NCBI GenBank assembly: GCA_045543615.1
Contig: JAZPXL010000005.1
Span: forward strand, 2,640 to 66,639
Direction of reading: 5' to 3'
DNA from: Eubacteriales bacterium
GTDB taxonomy: Bacteria; Bacillota; Clostridia; Oscillospirales; CAG-272
Length of the DNA stretch: 64,000 nucleotides
The position numbers and the translations under genes were made by a program. Position 1 is the stretch's first letter; each line of letters starts with the position of its first letter. Below the pieces are notes generated by a model that saw nothing but the letters and a program-made list of their open reading frames with translations, ran no database searches and was not told the DNA's origin. This document shows positions 9,249-17,835 of this stretch, in pieces.

Positions 9249-10097
9249 ATGGCAACATTTTTCAACAGAGCCACCCTGACCTACGGCACAAACTCGATTA
9301 CCTCTAATACCGTAAGTGGCGAGCTTGTCGGTGCGCTCACCGTAACTAAAAACGCATCAATTGACGAATATGTCCTCGGAAGCGTTCTGACCTACGGCAT
9401 CTCTCTTGTAAATTCCGGAACGAGTGCGATAAACTCTCTTACTCTAAGTGATGACCTCGGACTTTTTACAAACAGCGTCGGCGTACAGGTCAGACCTCTG
9501 ACCTATATTGACGGTTCAATTCTGTACTATCAAAATGGTGTGCTTTCGCCCACACCTGCAATAGTCACAGGTTCACCACTCGTTCTGACGGGAATAAGCG
9601 TTCCCGCCGGTGGCTCTGCAATTATAGTATATAACGCTCGTGTCAATGATTATGCAGAGCTTGAGGTCGGTGGCGAAATAACCAATACCGTAACCATCGC
9701 CGGTACTGCGCTTGATGACAACACGGCAACGGAAACTGTGACTGCCGCACAGACTCCTCTGCTCTCAATTCTCAAGTCGCTCTCGCCCGAATCCGTAACT
9801 GAGAACGGTCAGCTGACTTATACTCTGCTTATTGAAAACAGAGGCAACACCGAGGCTGATGGTGCGCTTACCGTAAGTGACACATTCGATCCCATTCTCA
9901 CCTCCATTACAGTCACCTACAACGGCATAGTCTGGACTGAAGGAACAGAGTACACTTATGATGAGAGCACAGGTGAGTTCACCACGCTTGACGGTGCTAT
10001 TACCGTACCTGCCGCAAGCTACACCACAGATCCCACAACCGGTGAGGTCAGCGTTGCCCCGGGAGTGGCAACAATTCGCATCACAGGAACAGTATAA
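9249..10097 (+). CDS. DUF11-type (conserved repeat domain) protein, two Ig-like repeats, no signal peptide
   Basis: Two T/S/G/V-rich beta-repeat units (LTVTKNAS...VYNARVN; LSILKSLSP...LTYTLLIENRGNTEA). Start at ATG 9249 has a GAAAGGA SD; ATG 9228 has none. Confidence 0.55.
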   Translation: MATFFNRATLTYGTNSITSNTVSGELVGALTVTKNASIDEYVLGSVLTYGISLVNSGTSAINSLTLSDDLGLFTNSVGVQVRPLTYIDGSILYYQNGVLSPTPAIVTGSPLVLTGISVPAGGSAIIVYNARVNDYAELEVGGEITNTVTIAGTALDDNTATETVTAAQTPLLSILKSLSPESVTENGQLTYTLLIENRGNTEADGALTVSDTFDPILTSITVTYNGIVWTEGTEYTYDESTGEFTTLDGAITVPAASYTTDPTTGEVSVAPGVATIRITGTV

Positions 10098-10113
10098 GAA
10101 AGGAAAACAAAAA

Positions 10114-10139
10114 GAGTGAGTCGCAAAAGCGACTCACTC
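10114..10139. terminator. bidirectional terminator hairpin
   Basis: GAGTGAGTCGC aaaa GCGACTCACTC, between convergent DUF11 and ispH-rpsA genes. Confidence 0.6.
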
Positions 10140-10154
10140 GATTATATAATCCGA

Positions 10155-12221
10155 TTACTCAGCGTCTGCCTCGTCAGCGTAGCCGTCATCAGAATCATCA
10201 TCAGCCGTATCATCATTCTCTTCAAGAAGAGCCTTGATGGAGAGGCTTACTCTCTGCTGTTCGTCATCGATCTTGATAATCTTAACAGTTACCTGCTGAC
10301 CTGCAGCAAGAACGTCAGCGGGATTCTCAACGCGTGTAAGAGCGATCTGAGAAACGTGGATAAGACCGTCAACATCATCTGTAATACGAGCGAATGCGCC
10401 GTATGTCATAATGCTGGAGATAGTTACGTCAAGAACGTCACCCTCTGCATACTGGGACTTGAATACCTTCCAGGGCTGTGTATCCTCTGTGCGATAGCCA
10501 AGTGTGATCTGCTTCTTCTCAAGGTCGAAGGACTTAACAAATACTGTGATCTCGTCACCAATGCTAAGAATGTCTGCAGGCTTATGTACAGGTCTCCAGG
10601 ACATTTCCTTCTTATGAAGCATACCATCTACACCACCGAGATCGATGAATGCGCCGTAATCGGTCATTCCTCTTACCTTACCGGTGTAATACTTGCCAAC
10701 TTCAATTTCAGACCAGAACTGCTCAGCGAGAGCACGACGCTCTTCTCTGGATGCAGCACGGATAGAACCAACAGCACTCTTGCCCTGGCCCTTCAGCTCA
10801 ATTACCTTGAACTTAACGGTCTGTCCAACGATGGAAGAAAGATCTCCACCCTTGGGAACATTTGTCTGCGATGCAGGAACAAAGATACGTGCGCCGTAAA
10901 TCTTTATTACAACACCACCCTTGACGGCCTCGGCTACTACGCCCTCAAGTGTTTCGCCGCTATCCTTAGCCTCTACTACGAGATGCCAATTGCGGTCGAG
11001 GTCTGCGCGCTTCTTGGAAACCATTGCGCAACCATCTACATCGCTGACGCGGATAACAAATACTTCTATCTCGTCACCGATCTTGTACTCGTCTCTCAGC
11101 TTCAGAGAAGCATCGTCGGATATCTGATCGGCGGTCAGTATGCCGGTAACCTTTGCACCGAGGTCGAGTTTGATCTCAACATCGTTTACTGCAATTACAG
11201 TACCGGTAACGGTGTCTCCTGATGTTAGTGTCTTGACTGCTGAGTCGAGCATTTCGTCAAAGCTTGCGTTTACCTCCGCCATTTCTGCCTTGTCGAGTTT
11301 AATTTCGCTCATTTTGTTGTATACCTCCTCTATTATGTCGCCGGGTGTTGATGCTCCGGCAACAATTCCCACTCTTGATGGGATGCTCGGAATTTTTCCG
11401 TCAAGCTCTTGCGGCTCCGAAATAAGCAGGGTGTTTGCACATTTTTCCCTACAAATCGAGTATAGCTTTGCGGTGTTTGAGCTGTCTCGTCCGCCGATGA
11501 CGATAACCAAATCGCACTCCGCAGCAAGCGTTGTCGCTTCAAGCTGGCGAATTTCCGTAACATTACATATTGTATCAAAAATTATCGCATTTGTATATAG
11601 TTTTTTGATAATTTCTAATGATTTTTTCCATTCAGCACTTTTTTGGGTGGTTTGTGCTACCACAATTGGTGCCATTTTGTCAGATTTTGGCAAAATTCTT
11701 TGTTCTACGGCTTTTTCGATTTCCTCTGCATTTGCAAAGGCGAAACGCTTACCGTTGAAGTAGCTGAGTATTCCGATGACCTCAGGGTGCTCGGACGAGC
11801 CTATGACAATCAGCATTCGCTCGCCGTCATCCTCGCCGTCGCTGTTTTCCGTTGCTATCCGATGAATTTTTTTGACATACGGACAGGTGCAGTCGATATA
11901 TGAGAATCCCTCATATCTTTCCGACAGAGCTTTGAGCTTCTCTTCGGTTTCCTTTGTAATGCCGTGTGCTCTGACAAACACAACGGCAGGACTACCAAGG
12001 ACGGTTGACTCAGCAATTTCATCAATTGCCTGTGGTTCTATCACACGCACTCCCTGTTCGTAAAGTCGTGCGTTATAGGTATCGTTATGGATCAGCTTGC
12101 CGAGGGTAAATATTCGCTCGCCTCCACCCTCTGCAATTTTCTTTTCGATCATATCAGTTGCACGCTTTACGCCGAAGCAAAATCCTGCGTGAGGTGCAAC
12201 TCTGACAATTCTCTCACTCAT
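10155..12221 (-). CDS. ispH: bifunctional 4-hydroxy-3-methylbut-2-enyl diphosphate reductase / ribosomal protein S1-like (IspH-S1 fusion)
   Basis: N-terminal half is IspH-like (VAPHAGFCFGVKRA, conserved Cys residues). C-terminal half has four S1 OB-fold repeats. Start moved to ATG 12221 (GGAGGAG SD), overlapping the plsC stop by 8 nt. Confidence 0.9.
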   Translation of the reverse strand: MSERIVRVAPHAGFCFGVKRATDMIEKKIAEGGGERIFTLGKLIHNDTYNARLYEQGVRVIEPQAIDEIAESTVLGSPAVVFVRAHGITKETEEKLKALSERYEGFSYIDCTCPYVKKIHRIATENSDGEDDGERMLIVIGSSEHPEVIGILSYFNGKRFAFANAEEIEKAVEQRILPKSDKMAPIVVAQTTQKSAEWKKSLEIIKKLYTNAIIFDTICNVTEIRQLEATTLAAECDLVIVIGGRDSSNTAKLYSICREKCANTLLISEPQELDGKIPSIPSRVGIVAGASTPGDIIEEVYNKMSEIKLDKAEMAEVNASFDEMLDSAVKTLTSGDTVTGTVIAVNDVEIKLDLGAKVTGILTADQISDDASLKLRDEYKIGDEIEVFVIRVSDVDGCAMVSKKRADLDRNWHLVVEAKDSGETLEGVVAEAVKGGVVIKIYGARIFVPASQTNVPKGGDLSSIVGQTVKFKVIELKGQGKSAVGSIRAASREERRALAEQFWSEIEVGKYYTGKVRGMTDYGAFIDLGGVDGMLHKKEMSWRPVHKPADILSIGDEITVFVKSFDLEKKQITLGYRTEDTQPWKVFKSQYAEGDVLDVTISSIMTYGAFARITDDVDGLIHVSQIALTRVENPADVLAAGQQVTVKIIKIDDEQQRVSLSIKALLEENDDTADDDSDDGYADEADAE

Positions 12222-12846
12222 TCTTCTCCTCCACGCCCGTATCTGCCAAATCACAGATCTTTGAGAAAATGTAGTTTGAGATTTCAGCTGCGCTCTCCCT
12301 CTGTCCACCGTCCGTATATTCCTCATAGCTTATCGGCTTGCCGATTATGACCTTTACAGGACCGAACAATGTAAGCTTATTCTTTTTGGTTTTGATATAA
12401 ACAGGAAGGACTGCAGCCTTCGATCTTGATGCTATAAGACCTGCTCCGCCTCTGACGGGAGTGGTTTTGGGATCAACGCCCTTTCTGCGTGTTCCCTGCG
12501 GAAAGAGACCAACAGAATAGCCCTCACCAAGCATTCTTATTGATTTTTTAAGAACGCCTGCATCAGCTCCATTTCTCTCTACGGGGAATGCACCGAGCTT
12601 TAAGAGGAGCGAGGAGAATACGGGTATTTTGAACAGCTCAGCCTTTGCCATAAATCTCGGCTGTTGCTGTCGCATTGCCGCACAGATAAAAAGCGGGTCG
12701 AGCATTGATATATGATTCGCGCACACAAGGTACGTTCCATCCGAAAGCTTGGGCTCGTTGTCCCTGCCTTTGAATGATACCCAGAACAGAAATCTTACGA
12801 TTCCTATAAGGCAGAATCGAACAACTATATAGAATTTACTCTTCAT
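12214..12846 (-). CDS. plsC: 1-acyl-sn-glycerol-3-phosphate acyltransferase
   Basis: HX4D motif (NHISMLDP) and FPQGTR motif. Start ATG 12846 with GGAGG SD, overlapping the cmk 3' end. Confidence 0.8.
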   Translation of the reverse strand: MKSKFYIVVRFCLIGIVRFLFWVSFKGRDNEPKLSDGTYLVCANHISMLDPLFICAAMRQQQPRFMAKAELFKIPVFSSLLLKLGAFPVERNGADAGVLKKSIRMLGEGYSVGLFPQGTRRKGVDPKTTPVRGGAGLIASRSKAAVLPVYIKTKKNKLTLFGPVKVIIGKPISYEEYTDGGQRESAAEISNYIFSKICDLADTGVEEKNE

Positions 12847-13543
12847 CAATTGCCTCCGATATACCGAGCTTGTCCGCAACTATTGCCATAACAGCTGCAA
12901 GCGACTGTTCGGGTGTATATCCGGAATTATTGAGCAGGACTGCATCGTCTGCGGGCTTCAGCGGAGCAACTGCTCTCTCGCTGTCACGAGTATCTCTTTC
13001 TATAATGTCTGCGAGTATCTTTTCATAGTCAGCGTCCTGACCCTTTTGGCGAAGTTCTAAAGTGCGTCGCTCAGCTCTCTCCTCGGCAGATGCCGTAAGG
13101 AAAATCTTGAGCTGTGCATCAGGAAGAATAACTGTTCCGATATCTCTGCCATCCATAATGACATTGTTCTTCTCTGCTATGCTTCTTTGCATATCAAACA
13201 GGTACTCTCTGACTCTCGGGATTGCCGAAACAGCCGATGCGTAGTGCGATATTTCGTGCTCACGGATCTTGTCTCCAAGGCATTCTCCGTCGAGATACAT
13301 ATACTGATGCCCATCCTCAAAGCGTGCCTCGACCAAAATTCTATCAAGCATATCAGCAACTCCGATGGCATCATCGGGTGCGATACCCTCTCTGCGCGCC
13401 GCATATCCCACGGTGCGATATATCGCTCCTGTATCAACGTAAGCAAAGCCGAGCTTTGCCGCAAGATTCTTTGCAAGCGTACTCTTTCCGGCTCCACCGG
13501 GGCCATCGATAGCAATCTTCAAGGTTACTGCATTATCACTCAT
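12836..13543 (-). CDS. cmk: cytidylate kinase
   Basis: IAIDGPGGAGKST P-loop; cmk-plsC-ispH/rpsA order is typical of Clostridia. Confidence 0.93.
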   Translation of the reverse strand: MSDNAVTLKIAIDGPGGAGKSTLAKNLAAKLGFAYVDTGAIYRTVGYAARREGIAPDDAIGVADMLDRILVEARFEDGHQYMYLDGECLGDKIREHEISHYASAVSAIPRVREYLFDMQRSIAEKNNVIMDGRDIGTVILPDAQLKIFLTASAEERAERRTLELRQKGQDADYEKILADIIERDTRDSERAVAPLKPADDAVLLNNSGYTPEQSLAAVMAIVADKLGISEAIDEE

Positions 13544-13637
13544 TATAATAGACTCCGTTTTTCAAGAAATGTTTCACTTTTTCTTGCTTATTTACAAATT
13601 ATTAAATTGCTGATTATTCAAGCAAAACGTAATTTCT

Positions 13638-14900
13638 TTATTTTACTGCGGCGTTGGCGGCAAGGAATGCTGTTGACCACGCAATCTGGAGGTTATAGCC
13701 TCCCGTGTATCCGTCGATATCAATAATCTCTCCTGCAAAGAAGAGTCCCTTCGATATCTTCGATTCCATTGTTTTAGGATCAATTTCGGAGGTCGGAATG
13801 CCTCCTCTTGTAATTATTGCCTCATCAATTGAGCGAAGCGACGACAGTGGCACAACAAAGCGTTTCAGCGTGCCGGCAATGATTCGCCTCATTTCCTTTG
13901 TAATAGAATGCACCTTTGTTTCAGGAGCTATCCCCGTCATCTCAACAAACGGCGCAATCATCTTTGATGGTAACAGGTCGCCTAAAGCATTTATGATATC
14001 CCTATTTTTATATTTTGCAAAATCGGACAGAAGCCTTGCGTCAAGCGTTGCTTCATCAAGTGCGGGCTTGAGGTCAATATGTACTTCGTAATCAGCAATT
14101 CTATCCGGCTCAAGTCTTGCTGATGCCGAGAGTGCCATAGGGCCTGTGAGTCCGAAATGTGTAAACATTATCTCGCCAAAATCGTCATAGACGCATTTGC
14201 CGTTCTTTTTCTCCACAACCCGTAGTGCAACATTCTTAAGCGAAAGCCCCTGCATTGATGGGCAGAGCTTTCCCGGTGAAACGAGCGGCACGAGGGATGG
14301 CGAGAGGCGAGTCGGATGGTGTCCAAGCTTTTCGGCAAATCTGTAACCGTCACCACTTGAGCCTGTTCTTGGGTACGAAAGACCTCCGGTGCAGATTATA
14401 ACACGGTCATAGGCATACCCATCATTCCCTCCGCCTGCATAGACAAGATATTCGCCGCTGTCAGCTTTTTCGATTCTGTCAACCGAAAGGCCGACAACTC
14501 TTGCTCCTGAGTTCTCAACATCACGCACAAGAGCTCTGACGACATCTGATGCCTTGTCGGACTCAGGGAACACACGTCTTCCTCTCTCGACCTTTAGGGG
14601 CACGCCGAGGTATTCAAAATGCTCCATAACCCTTGAGGGTGGAAAAGCTGAATATGCGGCGTATAGGAAGCGTGGATTTCTCGGAATATTTTCAAGGAAT
14701 TCGTCTCTTGTGCAATCGTTTGTGATATTGCATCTCCCCTTGCCTGTTATTCCAAGCTTTCTGCCCAAACGATCCCTACCGTTCTTTTCATATAAAGTAA
14801 CATTTGCGCCTGCATACGCAGAGAAGGCGGCGGCCGCCATACCTGCGGCACCGCCGCCTATCACGGCTATGCGAAGTCCTTCTCTGTTCTGTTTGGGCAT
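13638..14900 (-). CDS. NAD(P)/FAD-dependent oxidoreductase, HI0933/BaiN family
   Basis: N-terminal GGGAAGMAAA dinucleotide fold; GKGRCNITN motif; 420 aa typical length. Confidence 0.8.
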   Translation of the reverse strand: MPKQNREGLRIAVIGGGAAGMAAAAFSAYAGANVTLYEKNGRDRLGRKLGITGKGRCNITNDCTRDEFLENIPRNPRFLYAAYSAFPPSRVMEHFEYLGVPLKVERGRRVFPESDKASDVVRALVRDVENSGARVVGLSVDRIEKADSGEYLVYAGGGNDGYAYDRVIICTGGLSYPRTGSSGDGYRFAEKLGHHPTRLSPSLVPLVSPGKLCPSMQGLSLKNVALRVVEKKNGKCVYDDFGEIMFTHFGLTGPMALSASARLEPDRIADYEVHIDLKPALDEATLDARLLSDFAKYKNRDIINALGDLLPSKMIAPFVEMTGIAPETKVHSITKEMRRIIAGTLKRFVVPLSSLRSIDEAIITRGGIPTSEIDPKTMESKISKGLFFAGEIIDIDGYTGGYNLQIAWSTAFLAANAAVK

Positions 14901-14926
14901 TTTTATTCTCCGAGCGAATTTCGCTT

Positions 14927-15790
14927 TTAGTTCTGTGTTTTATCGTAGACCTCGTACTCGTCCCAGATCTTCTCAAGCTTTTCAAAGCGCACTCTGATGT
15001 CATCCATCTTTCTTCTTGATACTGCAACTATGATTGCATTGATGATCGAAAGAGGGGCAACAAGTGAGTCAACAAATGAGACGAGGTCGCTTCTGGCAAG
15101 CAGAAGCTGATCTGCAACAGCAGCAATAGGTGACTGCTTACTGTCTGTAAGCGAGACAACATCTGCACCTGCGTTGTGTGCATATTCAACGGCATTTACG
15201 ATACGCTTTGAGTATCTTGGGAAGCTTATCGCAATAAGCACATCCTTATCGCTAATACTCATAATCTGCTCAAACATCTCGCTTCCCGAGGTTGTCTGAA
15301 CAAATTTCACATTATCAAATATCATTCTGAAGTTGAAGTTCAGAAAGCCTGCAAGTGACGAGGAGGAACGCACACCGATTATGTAAATCTTCTCTGCCTT
15401 TACGATAGCATCGACAGCGGCATCAAACGCTTCTCTGTCAATGTCCTCAAGAGTTCTGCGTATTCTCTCAGCGTCGCTGACAAGTATTTTTTCAAGCACA
15501 TCTCCGTCGCCTATAAGCGAGTTTGTAACCTCAACACGCTGTACCGACGTAAGCTTCATTCTGATAAGCTCCTGCAGCGAGCGTTGCATCTCAGGGTATC
15601 CTTCAAATCCAAGCTCATTTGCAAAGCGAACGACGGTGGACTCTGACACACCAACTATTGCACCCATTTTTGAAGCAGTCATATACGCCGCCTTATCATA
15701 GTGCTCAAGTATAAAGTTTGCAATTCTCTTCTGGCCCTTCGAAAAAGTAGCCATATTCTCTTCAATAAGTGTAATCAGGTTCTTTACCAT
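14927..15790 (-). CDS. MurR/RpiR family transcriptional regulator (HTH plus SIS domain)
   Basis: N-terminal HTH_6-like segment (IANFILEHYDKAAYMTASKMGAIVGVSESTVVRFA) and a SIS domain. Start moved to ATG 15790 (GGAGG SD). Confidence 0.85.
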   Translation of the reverse strand: MVKNLITLIEENMATFSKGQKRIANFILEHYDKAAYMTASKMGAIVGVSESTVVRFANELGFEGYPEMQRSLQELIRMKLTSVQRVEVTNSLIGDGDVLEKILVSDAERIRRTLEDIDREAFDAAVDAIVKAEKIYIIGVRSSSSLAGFLNFNFRMIFDNVKFVQTTSGSEMFEQIMSISDKDVLIAISFPRYSKRIVNAVEYAHNAGADVVSLTDSKQSPIAAVADQLLLARSDLVSFVDSLVAPLSIINAIIVAVSRRKMDDIRVRFEKLEKIWDEYEVYDKTQN

Positions 15791-15931
15791 AGTCAGCCTC
15801 CATAATCCGTGCAGTCGCACAACCATCATTATAAACCAATCGTGCAAAAATGTCAAGTATTTTTTTGATTTTTTTGCAATACCAAATGGGCAATCCTGCA
15901 TTTTTTGGCAGGCTTGGCTGACTGTTTCGAG

Positions 15932-17473
15932 TCACTTTACCTCTTTTGACGGCAAAGATGCAATATGTGCTGCATCGTATTCGGAAAGTACGGTGAGAGC
16001 CGTTTCGACGTCGGAGGGGTAGGGTATGCGCTTGCCACCCTTTGCCATATGCATCTGCACGCCGTGTCCGACCATAAGAATAATGCGGCGTCCAAGCGGG
16101 GCGTTTACCGCCGCCCTGAGCGCATCCGGTCTGTATTCAATAAGCTCACAATGGCAGCGGCTTGTGTCAGTCCATTCCAGTATTTCGCCCGCAATCTTCT
16201 CATATGGCTCTGTTGCAGGGTCTTGCTCTGCGATTACTGCGTAGTCGCAATACTCGCTTATCACCTCTCCCATTTCCCTACGGCGATTTTTCGCCTTGTC
16301 CCCGTGTGCTCCGAAGACCATCACAAGCGTACGGTCGGGATATTCAGTTTTTGCAAATCTGCAAATATTTTCAAAGCTCGGCTTATTGTGCGCATAATCA
16401 ACGAAAATGTATATCTCATCATCAGCACTCTTGAAAAGCTCCATTCTGCCAGGAGCTTTTGCTTTTTCTACTGCTGTTACCATAATCTCAGGAGGTATGC
16501 CGACAGCATACGCCATAGCAATTGCGGCAAGTGCATTTGATATATTGAACTCACCCGGAATGGTAATCTTCATTTTTCGAGTCCAGAGAGGAGTTGTGAC
16601 GGTAAATTCGCTTCCGTCAGCATCACTTACAGACGAGGTACAACGAACCGTTGCTCCCTCGGCTTTTCCGTATGTAATGAGGGGGATTCTGTCTCCTATG
16701 TACTCAACAACTCTGTTGTATTCCCTTGTATCCGTGTTGACGCAGGCGAGTGAGCTATGGTCAAAGAGCATCAGCTTTGAGAGCAGATAGTCCTCAAAAT
16801 CGGGGTGTTCCTTTTCACTTATATGGTCATTCTCAATATTTGTAAACACTCCGATATTGAACTCGATTCCCTCCACTCTCTTATATTTAAGAGCCTGTGA
16901 GGATACTTCAAGTATCATATTCTCAAGTCCGTTTTCTGCAGCATTGAAGAAATGTCTCCATATCTCAGGAGATTCAGGAGTTGTGTTGGTTGCTCTTTCG
17001 TGTGCAAGTCCATCGTAATATTCAACTGACGAGGAATATGCACATTCGGGAAGTCCGTTTATCTCTGCATATCTGTCAAGTATTGCTTTGAGATAATACA
17101 AAGTAGTAGTCTTTCCCTTTGTACCTGTTATTCCAAAAGTAGTGAGGGATGACTGAGCGTTGCAGTTGTAGAGCTTTGCAAGTGTTGCCATCGCACTTCT
17201 TATATCGTTTACAATAATATAATTTTCCCTGTCGGCAATAACACGGTCACTAACATACGCAATTGCGCCATTCTCCAAAGCAGAGACAAGGTATTCATCA
17301 CGAAATGCAACGCCCTTAGCAATAAACAAAGTTCCGCCCCTTGCGTCTCTTGAATCGTATGTAAGATGCAGAACGCTCTCCCCAAGACTTTCGGGTGCAA
17401 TATCGCTCTTGACAAAGAGCCCGTCCGTCTTCAGCTGATTTATATATTCTGAAAGCGAATAAATTTGTCGCAT
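15932..17473 (-). CDS. murE: Mur ligase family, MurE-like UDP-MurNAc-tripeptide synthetase
   Basis: YDSRDARGGTLFIA N-domain; GITGTKGKTTT P-loop; DYAHN. The site that reads DNPR in mDAP-type MurE reads QDPA here. Confidence 0.75.
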   Translation of the reverse strand: MRQIYSLSEYINQLKTDGLFVKSDIAPESLGESVLHLTYDSRDARGGTLFIAKGVAFRDEYLVSALENGAIAYVSDRVIADRENYIIVNDIRSAMATLAKLYNCNAQSSLTTFGITGTKGKTTTLYYLKAILDRYAEINGLPECAYSSSVEYYDGLAHERATNTTPESPEIWRHFFNAAENGLENMILEVSSQALKYKRVEGIEFNIGVFTNIENDHISEKEHPDFEDYLLSKLMLFDHSSLACVNTDTREYNRVVEYIGDRIPLITYGKAEGATVRCTSSVSDADGSEFTVTTPLWTRKMKITIPGEFNISNALAAIAMAYAVGIPPEIMVTAVEKAKAPGRMELFKSADDEIYIFVDYAHNKPSFENICRFAKTEYPDRTLVMVFGAHGDKAKNRRREMGEVISEYCDYAVIAEQDPATEPYEKIAGEILEWTDTSRCHCELIEYRPDALRAAVNAPLGRRIILMVGHGVQMHMAKGGKRIPYPSDVETALTVLSEYDAAHIASLPSKEVK

Positions 17474-17656
17474 AGCAATTTCCTTTCACCTAAACAGAGT
17501 CAAATCAACTTATATTATAACACTTTTTTATTGAATTTACAATAGATAGATGCAAAATTAATACCCAAAGCTCGCAATTGTCACATTTTGGCGTTTTGAC
17601 CTAATTGTTGTATAAAAATTCGTATATATTTTTTTGTGATAAATTGTCTGTTTATC

Positions 17657-17685
17657 TTTACTTTTGTCCGAAAATGTGGTATCAT
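17657..17685 (+). promoter_or_regulatory. candidate promoter of uracil/xanthine permease leader
   Basis: TTTACT (17657-17662), 17-nt spacer ending in TGG, TATCAT (17680-17685). Confidence 0.4.
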
Positions 17686-17764
17686 TTAAGCAAGATCCGA
17701 GCAACCTTTGTCGGCAGATGCGCAATGTGTAATGGATTATAATACTGTTACTCCGTCATTTTGT

Positions 17765-17796
17765 GCGTCCATCATACCCGGTGGGCGTATTTTTTT
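17765..17796 (+). terminator. terminator-like hairpin in the permease leader (candidate attenuator)
   Basis: GCGTCCA / TGGGCGT stem (7 bp incl. 2 G-U), followed by ATTTTTTT, 40 nt before the start codon. Confidence 0.45.
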
Positions 17797-17835
17797 GGCA
17801 ACGGTTGTGTGGACAATTTTACGGAGGAGACCTAT

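Noticed and set aside
10116-11222. 368-aa plus-strand ORF antisense to the S1 part of ispH-rpsA. Similar cases are 38357-39436 (359 aa, antisense to an SPFH gene), 30949-31818, 7267-8061 and 44497-45012.
   Set aside because: These are shadow ORFs opposite well-supported genes. They have low-complexity or Cys-rich translations, and no RBS or promoter of their own.
10155-12221. IspH-ribosomal protein S1 fusion as a possible novelty.
   Set aside because: This fusion is a well-known gene architecture in Clostridia, as is the cmk-plsC-ispH/rpsA order. It is ordinary.
17657-17835. Considered a PyrR attenuator or a purine/guanine riboswitch for the permease leader.
   Set aside because: No UCCAGAGAGG PyrR loop and no purine-riboswitch three-way-junction consensus is visible. 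It is kept only as an unclassified candidate attenuator.
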